A DNA stretch of 64,000 bases from Balanoglossus misakiensis (GCA_040954595.2 CM082581.2:4332699-4396698), one strand, 5' to 3'. Shown: positions 41,101-53,510, counted from the first letter of the stretch. The notes: generated by a model from the sequence alone, not told the origin. A program made the numbers and translations.

Positions 41101-42030
41101 TGCGTCAAATAATGTTTCCATTAATCTATGTATAGCTGTATTACTGGATCAAAGATCGACAAAGTGAAACGACCGATTCCGTGCTGATCGACTCGTCAAC
41201 TACGTACACTGTGACATTAGATGCGTTGGTACCCGCTACGACTTATGAGTACTACATGACCGCTTACAACAGTTTTGGCGAAGGACCAGATTCTGACCCG
41301 CCGGGAAATTTTACTACAAGATCCGCAAGTAAGTTTCAGCCCAGTGGTTTACTTCAATAGGTTGTAAGTAATATATTTCGAAGCTTTAGGTAACATTGTT
41401 GCTTGATGAACATAATACTAGTGAAAAGCACCGACGTAGTGTGCTACCTACGGCCACATGTCATTTGTAACCGTCAAACACTTTCGACGGATTTGTGTAC
41501 ATAACGATTCCGGGGTTTACTATCATTATATATGTTCTGCAAGTTTTGGTATGAATTGTGTCAAATGAAACTGGAAACGAAGGTCCGATTAGATAAACAC
41601 TAGCGACACGGAGACATTACAAATATTTCACCATTTGACACCGAATTATACATTGTTGGTAATCGTGTGTTTATGTCGTACCGCACTATACTTTTCAATC
41701 GGTCAACGAGTTTGAAATATATGAAATGAAGCAATTAATGCTAGTAATCCATGTTTAATTTTTCCAGAGGTGCGCGGCAGTACCTACGCACTGGGTATCT
41801 TTCGAATCGCCAGAGGCAAGATTTTCAAGAACCACTTGGTTTCTACCAAGCAAGCCTACAGCCTCAAGCACTGTGTGAATATCTGCACTGCGGTGAAATC
41901 GTGTCAGTCGGTCAATTTCAATGAAAACGCTTCGTCGGACAAGAAAACTTGTGAATTAAACGACGCAACTAAGGAGGCCTACGCCAATGACGTCACGGAT
42001 GATGCGAACTATGTATATGCTGGGCTGTGA
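26163..42030 (+). CDS. Secreted multidomain C-type lectin, paralog B (26 exons, 1298 aa), same architecture as paralog A
   Basis: Exons, total 3897 nt: 26163-26184, 26791-26835, 27771-27965, 28574-28759, 28902-29078, 29392-29567, 30056-30213, 30439-30626, 31469-31516, 31954-32137, 32903-33027, 33167-33277, 33443-33568, 34104-34264, 34743-34875, 35392-35580, 36018-36263, 36544-36570, 37356-37466, 37850-37966, 38630-38800, 39223-39474, 39944-40117, 40814-40932, 41136-41328, 41768-42030. Signal-peptide-like MGLAIFADVVILVILLHTTRTVDC. Ends YVYAGL*, against YIYAGL* in A. Intron positions and phases match A. Confidence 0.88.
26565..26716. repeat. 78-bp-period tandem duplication (2 copies) in intron 1 of paralog B
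   Basis: gaaaagaagcctgatcattatttt...ctgggtgcaccttagttgtacat starts at 26565 and again at 26643, nearly identical. Confidence 0.9.
27380..27653. mobile_element. Palindromic MITE family copy (core plus right arm ending in TTAA)
   Basis: Core aattctagtccggac. Ends ...aaatactgaaaacatggcgaaaagttacagctaatggagctttaa. The same end occurs at ~22980-23029 and, reverse-complemented, at ~46000. Confidence 0.65.
29116..29176. repeat. GC-rich imperfect hairpin (probable transposon remnant)
   Basis: Outer stem ggacattagcgc ... gcgctaatgtcc; inner stem atcgccc ... gggcgat. Confidence 0.7.
34397..34471. repeat. (TAAGC)n pentanucleotide microsatellite
   Basis: Visible run in intron 14 of paralog B. Confidence 0.95.
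38173..38481. mobile_element. Non-autonomous element: short inverted-repeat pair plus terminal ~150-bp hairpin (Crypton-like, inferred)
   Basis: IR pair tttataacacacc (38173) and ggtgtgttgtaaa (38320-38332). Hairpin 38333-38481 with stems acacatgatgactgaca/tgtcagtcatcatgtgt and gggcaacagtgtatttt/aaaatacactgttgccc. Confidence 0.6.
38853..38965. repeat. (GT)n/(GAGT)n microsatellite
   Basis: Visible run in intron 21 of paralog B. Confidence 0.9.
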
Positions 42031-42403
42031 TGATTTTTGGGAAGGTTATGAACTGTTTCACTATTTAGAGAGAAGCTCCGCCGTGATGTTGGTGTGTGAC
42101 ATTCATTTACACGTCTGGGGTGGTCACCGTTGTAGTTCGTTATAGGATGCCAGAATCGATTATGCAGAGTGACTGAGTTTTTACTGACGCGGTGACATTA
42201 ACATAAGACGAACCATATATAACCATGTATAATATATTGTTCAGGTTCTATGATATGCCTTTAATTTTTAACTTTATGCAACAAAACAAATGCATACTAT
42301 GATAAGAAAATAATGTCACGTGATATTCTGGAGGTTATTTAGTTTCAAATATAAAGTGATCTTCTATGTACTATTTGTATTTATTACATTGATTACAGTT
42401 GGA

Positions 42404-42409
42404 AATAAA
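42404..42409 (+). terminator. Candidate polyadenylation signal of paralog B
   Basis: AATAAA ~370 nt after the stop codon in an AT-rich 3' UTR. Motif evidence only. Confidence 0.4.
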
Positions 42410-43154
42410 TAACTTTGTAATCAGCAACTTATAAATAGCTATGTCAAGTCGTCCGACTTTATTTCCTGCAGTCTCACTCCGTACAACATTTATCCTATAT
42501 TGGTCACGAACAATCATTCTGAGAACATCACTATATCATATTTGTGTGAGTTAAACTACAGCGATACTGACATAAAAATTCAAACGAAATTTTTGCAGAT
42601 CGCTTGTACAAAGCTTAAAATATTGCCGAACAAAGTAGCTTTGAGAATAGACGTTCCCATTTGACTTTTTCCACGTTCAGCTTTGGTGCAATGAAATCAC
42701 ATGTTGAGCTTACATAGATTGAAATGTTTTCCCATTGACAGCTGCGTGGGTAGTACATCAAAATGAACGATTGCATAAACAGTGGGGTCGTAAACATTCA
42801 GTGTAAAGATCGTAAACATTGCAATGTTGGTTAACACCACTGTAATTTCATGTATTGACATAATACATTCGTGGGTAAAACTGTGGGAGTCTTCGTGATT
42901 GCAGTCTGAAAACAACTTCCGTTTACATGTTCTCTTGACCTGTAAACACTTGATTCTGGCACGTCTTGTTATCATATCCACCGACAAGTAGACTGATGTT
43001 AACAACTAAATGTGTGTGTTATTGTTGCCGGAACAACACGGAAAATCATGGAGAGTGGGGATTTATCTGATCTCTTTTCCTACTATGCATGGATACAACA
43101 GGAATTATTTTTGTGAAATGTAGTTGTTGTGAGTGATGGTATGTCTGCTTGGGA

Positions 43155-43512
43155 TACATGTACATTACATACATACATGTACATACATACATACATACAT
43201 ACATACATGTACATACATACATACATACATACATACATACATACATACATACATACATACATACATACATACATACATACATACATACATACATACATAC
43301 ATACATACATACATACATACATACATACATACATACATACATACATACATACAAACATACATACATACATACATACATACATACATACATACATACATAC
43401 ATACATACATACATACATACATACATACATACATACATACATACATACATACATACATACATACATACATACATGTACATACATACATACATACATACAT
43501 ACGTGCATACAT
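43155..43512. repeat. (TACA)n tetranucleotide microsatellite, ~350 bp
   Basis: Visible run; source of the spurious MYVC and HTYI ORFs. Confidence 0.97.
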
Positions 43513-45997
43513 AAGAACAAGAAATTTTACAGGATCCGATCTCGGATCACCTCAGTGGTTCACGTAGCAGGCAAATCGGCACACGAAACAACTCAACTGT
43601 AAAAAAGATAGTTTAGTAACTAAAACCTCAAATGCTAAAAGGTACTTGAGAAGCCGGGTTAAGTATCGAGAAAAATACACACACACGTGTATCATTCTGA
43701 ACCAAACACATGGTATTTGTTGCACCCTAGTTGTCGCAGACTCATGTCATATGAAAAAAAAATGTTTGGGCGAATCCATTTCTATAAAATCGGCCAGTAA
43801 TCAGGTTTCCGTTATAATGAAATCTAAATTCACGTCTTCAGGGCTAGGCTAGGCGATCGTTAAATTTACTTCTGCGTTTCACGTCATGGTGAATTGCGCT
43901 TCCCTTTGGGAATGGAACGCGAACATTTTAAGATATTACTCGACACCTACGTATTTCGCCAAGAGTTCGTTAACGAGTTATCAAGTTCTAACGGCATAAT
44001 TTGAACTGAAGGAAGAATGCAAGAAAAAGAATAAAACACAACCAAAACGTCAACGTTCGGCTATTAAATTTGATCCATACTATAATTGATTATCCTGCAC
44101 GGCACATGTCAAATTATAAGACTTAAAATGACATATCAGAAATTAAAAAAAATGTATCAAGAACAATTTTAAGTGGGCACACGTGTTGGACATTTAAGTG
44201 GTATGGCCCACCTCCCAACGACCGGACTCCCCTGAATACAGAATGGGTCGCTCCACACGTTCAGTTAATCCTGTGTTCAGTGAAGAGTAAGGCCATTCCG
44301 TGAGATTAGCCTACTTTGTTTGCATGAGCTCACTGGGTCCATGGAGATAACTGGTGGTCTATGTGCTGATCAGCTTCACTTACAGCTTTATCTGCCTTAT
44401 ATTACTGGTTCCTTTTATATCATCCGACGATTTCAACTACCGGCAGCCACGGAGACTTTCCCGCCAAGAAGTTCGCTAAACGACATACTACCATACCTGG
44501 TAAGGCTTGTCTTTGCAGTTAATCATGTGTATTTGATTTGTAGCGGATTTGAACATTTGTGAAGTATTTAAACCCAAGCATTCGTGTAACCTTATAGCTG
44601 TCTTATCTGGAGGTCAAGATCGCGCAAGTATACAACATTGTAGTAATCGAGAATTGCCAGCATTATCGAATCTTATCTGAGGATATCCGAGTGGACGGCA
44701 AGGACACGACAGATATGCTGTAGCAGCTGCATACAAACACTGCGTGTGTATACACAGTTCTGAGTCGATGCTTAAAGTTTAGTCAGATTTATTGACAACG
44801 CTCGTGCTTTCGTACTTCAACTGACTATGACAGATCATGCGTTTGTTTAACTCAACTTGCTATTCAGTTCGCTAAAAAGTTACACAGCTCCGATTTCAAA
44901 CAAAGCATATATGTGTGTTGGCGAAATGTCAGATGTAAACTTTCAGATATTCTATATTAGCCAGTGCGCCGTGTTTGATTCCCTGAGCTGTTCGTTATCC
45001 CGATGGCGTACGAACAAGGGCAGGCTACTAATTCACTCTGCCCGATTCAATTATTTCCGTTCGAAGATATGTAGCCGTGGTATTTACGGCGTATAATTCA
45101 CGTAAACATGGAGGCGGTTATTTCGTAAATCTTTATTTGATAGTGTATTTCATGTTTCGGAGTATCAAACTAACTAAAGCGTATTTACAAATTTTCCTTG
45201 ACACCACAAATGAAAATCTAACCCGGCCATGTCCTTCACCCTTTCATTTCACTCATTTCTCTCACTGTAAGACAAATTTCAGCGAAGGTACATATATTTT
45301 CCTAAATGTGCACATATGTTTGTGCTGATTGTATTTACAATTAGAAATATTGGAGTCTCCAGACAAACAATGGTGATATTTATTTAATATCACTTTAATG
45401 AATACGCGGGAAATTGCTACGTTACTGTCTCCCTAATTACATTTAATTTCCTTTGAAAGAAATATCTGACCGTTATCTGAAGGCCAGGAAGTCCACCACC
45501 CCGTGGACAGCACGGCCCTTCAAGCTGAATACACATACACAGCTATAATAATGAGAGTGATTTCTTATTTCACTGCAGAGAGAACACATTGATTGCCCTG
45601 TAACGAATTTTGTTAGACTCTACATTTCTCTTAAGGGTTTATTACCACGCGCTGGAAAACACAATTTTATCGGCGACTCGTTACAACCTAACAGAACATT
45701 TTGAATGCTAATCTGGAATATCTGCAGGCTGTATCCGAAATACACTTCATTATTGCTGAAACATACAAGCTGTGTATAAAAATGTTGTTTGCGACAGACG
45801 CTTTATACCTAAAGCATTTATACCAGAATTAGGGATGTTTCTAATTTGTTATTTTTATGTATTTACTATATCTTTACATGTATTTATAATGTACATGTAT
45901 CTGCACAGCATATTCTAAGATACGTGTTCAAAGTATATCATTTTGGAGACAGCCGACTTTCACATTGACACGCTCATCGAGAAAATAACTGTCGTAG

Positions 45998-47085
45998 TCA
46001 AAGCTCCATTAGTTGTAACTTTTCCCTATGTTTTCAGTATTTTTTTTGTATCCATCGAAGTTTCTTGTTCAAATCCTGAAACGTGATGAAATGCCCAGCA
46101 TTTAGCTTAACGACACAACACATACTTTGTGTATAATAATTATATATAATTCCCCCGTATTTCGAACGAGTGTGCCTGCGTCGCGGACGAGTGATTCCCC
46201 GTATAGCGGCCGTATCCCTCCGAGCCACAGGCGAGGAGGGATACAGCTATACGGGGAATCACGAGTTCGCGACGCAGGTACACGAGTGAGGAATACGGGG
46301 GAATTATATGTTTATCACATACATAGATCCGCTTATTTTGATTTTCAAATAAATCTCTTTTTGGTTGCGATAAAATTTGGAACTATTTTGCGCAAAATTG
46401 AAGATCGATGTTATGCGGTCTATCTGTCAGGTGACTCAGGTCACGACCTGGACGATTCTGGTTTTGGCGATGACCCGTCTGTCGTACATCAGCTGGATTT
46501 CATCGTCCGTCAAGGTTTCACTGGAGCAGGAAACCTTTCTTATGCCTTTTGCTTTATGACTGGACCGTTTTGCTCTAATCGTCGCATCAAAATTTTTGCG
46601 AATACTTAGTTTTGTACCTGTCGCTCGTTCGACAACGCGACAACATTGGCTCAGCACTGACGACCTCGCGACAGTTTTGGTGCCGGTTGGTGCGATAAAA
46701 ATGTACACAGGTAAAACTAATCGTCGATCGTCCATATTTACACATGCGAAACATTTTATTTATCTTTGCTTATTTTTTAATATCGAAATAAAACCAACAA
46801 TTGCACTGAATTTTGTCGCCCTAAGAGGAATTTGTTTACAAGTTTAAAATAGTTCCGTTTGGTGACGTCAGAGGGATGGGTATTACAATAACGCTTGGTG
46901 CAAATTTACCTACGTCTGACGTCATACTATGGTATATGCGGAGCTATGTATGTGATAAACACTGTTATTGCACAAACTTAAAATCTGAGTCCGGACTATA
47001 GAATTCATTTGTCATCGGTAACGTGAATGTTACACACACATACAGGCTGTGTTGACAAGCGGCGGAGTACTGGGTATATAAGAGA
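45998..47085. mobile_element. Palindromic MITE family copy (inverted) split by a nested insertion
   Basis: 45998-46135 is the reverse complement of the 27.5-27.65 kb arm. Homology resumes at ~46960 (actgttattgcaca...gtccggacta..gaatt...gtgttgacaagcgg...gagt.ctgggtatata), matching the reverse complement of ~27390-27500. Confidence 0.65.
46136..46960. mobile_element. Nested non-autonomous element: terminal 166-bp hairpin plus 23-bp inverted-repeat pair (Crypton-like, inferred)
   Basis: Hairpin at 46144-46309. IR gtttatcacatacatagatccgc (46310-46332) against gcggagctatgtatgtgataaac (46938-46960), 22/23 match. The interrupted host MITE delimits the element. Confidence 0.7.
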
Positions 47086-49096
47086 AACATATTATTGGAC
47101 TTACAATATATCGGCATATATCTTTGGGAGTCAGTTCTTTTACTACGACGGCTTCACGAACGCGTCACTGTCGATTGAGGTTTTCTACAAACAACCCTAA
47201 CATTGGACGTCATTCGGTTTAAAAGGTGTAGGCCTACTTCACTTATGCAGAGGTATTTAGCTATTTTTCAGATGGAATTATCTAAAAATACATTTAGGTC
47301 TTGACAGGTTAAGTCGGTGAATGGGAAAATCCCTGCAGACAATCCCATTTTATATGTGTGCATGCAGTTCAGCGCCGTTACATTACATATGCTATACAAT
47401 GTTTTGAGTGGCGTAGAAGATAGATATTTCTGAAGAATGAGGTACAGCCTCGTTCATTCCTCCAGTGCTGAAATTATTAAAACCATTCATAATCACAGAA
47501 AAGACCAATCATCCTCTATAATTTCTTATTTGTGAATCCAGCTGGGTTTTTACTGTGGTGAGCCTGTACGCACACAAAGTTCAAATCGAAACATTAAGTA
47601 CAGAAATTGGAAACAGACGATTGGTTTGTCGTACACCGATTTCGTTTTACTTAGGGTCACGACCTCCAGCTTACGGACATGCACAGATATTGAAACATTT
47701 AATCATGCCCATGATCCATGATGGGCTTTCTCACAGAATGTATGAAAATATCCTGTGGACAAACTAGGCGAGACAAGCTTGTGATATAGGACCATCGATT
47801 TGTGAAAAAACACATCCAGTTTCGCAACGTTCACCATTGGCATATTGATAGTTCTTTGAATCCACGACGAGTGAAAAGGCGCTTCCTTTAAAATTACATC
47901 ATCGAGTAAACGTCGAGCACCTTGAACAGAGAGATATTTCGGCTACCGAACTGAAATTCAGGAACTGCGATTTCAAAAGATACCACCAGCACATGGGCTG
48001 TTATGAATAAGATTAATGACAAGACGTGCTGCATTGTTGATCGTGATTGGAAATGTGAGTCATGCTGGGTTGGTGTGCATTGTGGGAGAATTGCCTGCGC
48101 GTTAGTCTAAAACACCAGTAGAATATCTGTTACCATGGCAACTACACGATGAGAGAAAAAATCCAGGTGAAAAATTCACACAGCGATAGAATATAGCAGG
48201 GGAATGCGTATCTCGCCAATTTTCATCGTAAGTGTGATCTGGCGTGCGAGTAACCTACATTGTGCATATCTCAGCTGCAGATGTGATAAATAACATTTAT
48301 TTGGATTTCTGTCAAGGTTTTTGTGCCGTTCGACGTGGCTTCATAACCATGTAAATAGTTGGCCGTGAACACCCGCGGTACTAATTAATAGCAAATACTA
48401 TCAAAGGTTTGACCGACATTTTTTTCTCCTTCATATTGTATACAGGCGACACACGGAGATTGGTTGGCTATACCTGATGTTTTGTAAGACCCCCAACGGA
48501 TCGGTGTAATCTACTGTATTCAAAAAAGGTAAAATATTGTGAGAGCTGAAGAATGAACATGGCGGCTGTACGACTACGTGCCCCGAGTAAATCTTTTTTT
48601 CCCCTGAAAAGATGAGCGTTGCTTTCAGACGCCGACGGCGATGACTGTTTATGTTTCACTCACATTTCTAGTGATTCGGAACAGCTCCGTTCAGCTGTTA
48701 AACTCGTTCTCATAAGCACCACAAAGTGGGAAAAAGTGGCGGCGTATTACTTGTTGACATATCGCTGAACTGAACTATGCCTGGAAGGACTTCTTAAAAG
48801 CAGTCCATGTCTGTACCTGTACATGTCTGCAAGTGAAAAACACAACAACGCCGCTTTTGAGCGTGGACACTTGAGCAACGCGACGGCGGGAACTGAGTTT
48901 TTTTTTCGAGTGCAACATGTACTGGTAACTGTATATCCAACAGTGCAGACGACAGCGAAGATTTAAGAGCGAGTGCCAAATATATTATTGCGAGGGACTT
49001 CGCCAGTGTGACACGCAAGAAGTTACGACTTCGGCTCCGGGGAAGCAGAACCAGGACTGTACTTGTTCGGAAAAGTACGCACGACATATTAACAGC

Positions 49097-50149
49097 ATGA
49101 ACTCTTCGTTGAATGCCAGTAATTTGTCGGCCGTTGCCCATCCGGCGTCAACGCCGCTCGGGAGGACCGTTACATTGGTGTTCGTCTTAACGGCGATAAT
49201 CATAGTCGCCCTGTTCGGTAATATTCTTGTATGCCTGGCGGTGTTAAAGACGCGAACCCTCCGAGTAGTGGGCAATTACTACATAGTTTCATTAGCGGTG
49301 TCTGATTTATTGCTGTCGTTACTAGTTTTACCATCTGCGGTGTCGCTGGAAGTAAGCCAGGGTACTTGGCACTTGGGCGACATCTTCTGTGGCATGTGGG
49401 TCTCCCTGGACATATTCTTTTGCACGGCGTCCATTTTGAACCTCTGCGCCATCTCCATAGACCGTTTCCGAGCGGTTACCTCGCCTTTGAAGTATTCGTT
49501 AAAGCGCACGCCGTGCATGGCAAAAGTGAACATCGCAATCGTGTGGACCGTATCGGCCGTTCTCTCCTTCCCCGCCGCCATCGCCATACGAGCCAACAAC
49601 AAACTTCCAACTCGGGGCTGCGTTTTGTCGGACGACCCTTACTACATAATGATTTCGTCCTGCATATCGTTTTATTTCCCCTGCTGCGTTATGATCATAC
49701 TGTACTACAAGATCTTCCGCACGGCGCAGCAGAGGGCGAGGAACGCCGTGGTTCCCACCGTGGCCGTCATCCACGTCCAACCTGCAGCTGTCGACCCGGA
49801 TGACGAGGAGGACAAACACGATCATGACAATATCCACAGAGGTAACATTGTGGAAGACATCAGACGTAACGAGAGAAACCGGATATCGGCGGCAAAGGAG
49901 AGAAAGGCGGCCCGGACTCTTGCCATCGTCATGGGAGTCTTCATCTTCTGCTGGCTTCCCTTCTTCACCGTCAACGTGATCATCGGCGCCTGCAGCACGT
50001 GCACTTTGTCCGACCAACTCTTTTCGGTGGTCACGTGGCTAGGCTGGTGTAACTCCGCCGTCAATCCAATCATTTACACCGTTTTCAATAAGGAATTTCG
50101 CAATGCCTTTAAAAGGATTTTAAGTGGGGCACGAGTCAACGCGACGTGA
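49097..50149 (+). CDS. Intronless aminergic GPCR, dopamine D1-like/octopamine/adrenergic-type, 350 aa
   Basis: GN (TM1); SLAVSD (TM2); WVSLDIFFCTASILNLCAISIDRF (TM3, with the amine-binding Asp and DRF); SSCISFYFP (TM5 serines); KERKAARTLAIVMGVFIFCWLPFF (TM6); WLGWCNSAVNPIIY (TM7); helix 8 FRNAF; N-terminal N-glycosylation sequons. Confidence 0.93.
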   Translation: MNSSLNASNLSAVAHPASTPLGRTVTLVFVLTAIIIVALFGNILVCLAVLKTRTLRVVGNYYIVSLAVSDLLLSLLVLPSAVSLEVSQGTWHLGDIFCGMWVSLDIFFCTASILNLCAISIDRFRAVTSPLKYSLKRTPCMAKVNIAIVWTVSAVLSFPAAIAIRANNKLPTRGCVLSDDPYYIMISSCISFYFPCCVMIILYYKIFRTAQQRARNAVVPTVAVIHVQPAAVDPDDEEDKHDHDNIHRGNIVEDIRRNERNRISAAKERKAARTLAIVMGVFIFCWLPFFTVNVIIGACSTCTLSDQLFSVVTWLGWCNSAVNPIIYTVFNKEFRNAFKRILSGARVNAT

Positions 50150-53100
50150 ACCAGAGAGATCCGCGAGATCCGCTGGAGGAATTGAAGGAAAAGTAAATAG
50201 GATATGTACACATCTGAGAAACATCTCGACATATAAACGAATCATCAGTGGATAACGCTCAAAGCAGACTGCATTTCACATAAAATATTTATTGATATTT
50301 ACCCCATATATTTAATTTCGAAACTTCGCATATTATAATAACTAGTGAAATTTTAAATGAACGTTTTATTTAAAGCCTCTAGAGCTGCCACTTTTTGCAT
50401 TATTTTCACGACTTTATTTTCCAACTTAAATTGGTCCATTCAAATAAGCTTCCTGGTAGGTATACATAAACACCTTATCGATGCCCGATTGTGACTGCAT
50501 GTTGCAATTTGAACACGCTATACATGTATTAAATCGGTGCCGCACCGATTTAATCAGCCTCTATACAAACAGTACGCAGCTATCGTGGTATGCGTCGCCA
50601 AGAGATGACAAACTGATGCAAATGCAAGTAGTATGGCTTAAAGGTGAAGATTTTAGAGGATATGGAATATATTTGAAGTATTTTATTGTGGAAAATTTTT
50701 TTGGCAGCTATATGGGCTTTAAAGTAAGCGTTGGACTTCAATTTTGATCTTAGATACAGAAAAAATGAAACATAACAGGGAATTGAAAACCACACGATGT
50801 CACACCAATCACAAATATTTACATCATGTATCATAGGTCGTTTTTATTTACAATGCCATCCAAACAACTGTTCACAATTTGTTATGTAAAATAAATAATT
50901 AACAAAGTACATTAATCTAGTGTATATACTTTATTTATTATTGCTTTTATTCTTATTATTAATATTAGATAATTTGAAAGCATTTTTTATTATTTGCACG
51001 CCACAGGCGATCACTTATTTGTAGAAAATAGTTTCAATTGCGTTTGGACAGTTAATATTCTAAGGCAATATTTGCATTGTCGGTTGTGTAATTTCCAAAC
51101 ACAATACTGAAGTACACAATAGCATATATAGCAGATCAGACAAAGGAACTGAAGACATCTGAAAACAAATTGCACCATGAAAAGACCACATTAATACTGT
51201 CAACATTTGAAATGAAAACGTGTTGGATATACACGCTGGACAATAGTTTATATTAATGAGTACCTGCGGTATAATGATCAAAGGGAAATTACATACGTCT
51301 ACAGACTAATTATATAATGAAACATCGTGTCAGAGGAATGTATACTCTATTTTGTATTCTGTCCTGGAGAATTGTCACGTTTATAAACCTGTATGTCCGT
51401 GTGGAAGGACGGGAGGGGGTCGCAGTCGCATTTAAGAAATTTTACAACGAAATCTTAAGTTCCATCCAGTATAAATGCTCCAATTACGTTACTGTTGGAC
51501 ATAAAACTAAAATAAAGCGATTTCTGCTGCCATAGATTGATGCTAAACTAATTACTGGAAATGAAAGGCGCGTTACGCAAATGCGAAAGTGACACGAGAA
51601 TTCTGAATTGCAATACATAGATGTCAATAAAAGCATCAATTTTCTTTCAACCTCACTCACCGAAATACGATGGCGCTGATATGCTAAACTCCATGTATTA
51701 TGTCGCTAATATCCCACTGCAGATGCCAAATATCATTTCCACAATATAAAGTGACACCCGGCCCTGACCAAAATCGGTTCCACCCAAAAGAGCACACGGT
51801 GTACCACTGTGACAAAACTATACCTTGGCAATTTCCCGCGTTAGATGTGTTTGGGGCGTGCCTCAATGACCACAGTAAAAAAAACTCGTCGTGTGCACTA
51901 CAGGTGAACCCCAAACTGCATTGCATTTGCCACTGGAGGTGGGCCGCGGCCGATGGGATACGAAACCACTAAACTTCTTAGTCTAAAGCGATTGTATTTA
52001 CAATGTTGGGTGTATGCATCTAAAATGTCCCCCTATGGTGTAGTTTGGAGTTTGTAAGATAGAGCCGCATTTCAAGTGCCGTTTGAGTCTTAGCGCACGA
52101 GAACTGTTCCGGTAGGGTATGATCTGAATAATGATAGTGAATAATATTCCAATAAACTTGTGTCCCTGGACAGGCAAGACATTGATTCATGGTTCTGTTG
52201 CAGCAGAGTGTTGCTGGCCGCAGGCTTAAACGTTAGTGTAGATATGGGTACGTTTCCAATAATTAGGCTCTATTAAATTTATCCACGTTTAACTTGAAAC
52301 GGATCAGGGGGGTCAAATTTTAGTAGTGGGCTGTGAGCAACCGTGATGGACCGACTCAGAACTCGGACACCCCTCCCGTAATTACATAAGGACTAGAAGG
52401 TGGATATGGCAACAGAAAATTAAAAGAAATACAAGGCTTTCACTATAGTTTTATCTGGCATGTTATTGATTATCATGAATGAAACAAGAGCACAAGCCTT
52501 TTCGTTCATTGCTTCTAATAGCCTGCAGGGTTATCCACAGGAAAAAAAGCCTAGTATACTGCCTCTAGGTTTTACAGCTTAATTGGCTGCACGATTCAAT
52601 TTGGTTCGAACGTGGAGATGTCCAGATCTGTTTCTCTTCTGTAATGGCGGGGTGGTCGATAAACTGATCATTACATAGACCTCACGATGAATAAAATGCT
52701 GAATGGTGTGTATACACGTGTTACCATACAAATCAGTGTTTCCTTAGAATTCTAAGAATCTCTTCTGTGATTAAATGATCCAATCGTGCAATCCATACCC
52801 GTCCCTTTTAAATTGCTCTTTGTGTTTTGTATTTTTGTTTGTGGACAAATCGGAAATCGAATCTTTGTGGTATTGAATATATACATAAAAACGATTGGGA
52901 AATTCTGGCCGACGACGTTTGTCTGCTCTACGAACTCGTGTGTATTTTTATAGAGTACTATACAGCATTGAACTATGACAAACAATTTGATATATTGGTG
53001 TCAAAAGCAAACACCTTCACCCATAGTTATAGGAGAAAATGGTTCCTGAAACCTTCCCTTTACAGATACTGAAGTTTGATTTGTAGATTTACAGAAGACG

Positions 53101-53275
53101 AAAACTGGTCTTATACCACGTATAGTACATGTAAAGCGGAAACCACACTGGATAATCCACTAGCATGGTACAAGGTATTCAATAAGTAAATGTAATAACG
53201 TGGTAATTACGATGACAATGCGCTGGTCATTGTGATGTTAAGCTCAGCATGGTTCAGAAGACAAGGAATCAATAT

Positions 53276-53510
53276 GTATTGTATTGCATTGCATTGTATT
53301 GTATTGTATTGTATTGTATTGTATTGTATTGTATTGTATTGTATTGTATTGTATTGTATTGTATTGTATTGTATCGTATCGTATTGTATCGTATTGTATC
53401 GTATCGTATCGTATCGTATCGTATCGTATCGTATCGTATTGTATTGTATTGTATTGTATTGTATTGTATTGTATTGAATTGGGAATTGCATTGAATTGGG
53501 AATTGCATTG
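53276..53510. repeat. (GTATT)n/(GTATC)n pentanucleotide microsatellite followed by a 17-bp duplication
   Basis: Visible run, then aattgggaattgcattg twice. Confidence 0.95.

Noticed and set aside
43046-43602. Repetitive MYVC/HTYI ORFs (also 53207-53655 and 63172-63546)
   Set aside because: Translations of simple sequence repeats.
45491-45514. RE1/NRSE-like site (ccaccacc...ggacagcac), plus a half-site near 62001
   Set aside because: The left half is mismatched and the spacing is non-canonical; not supportable.
49279-50073. Antisense and alternate-frame ORFs over the aminergic GPCR (likewise those over the orphan GPCR and the TRIM gene)
   Set aside because: Shadow ORFs of coding sequence with no recognisable motifs.
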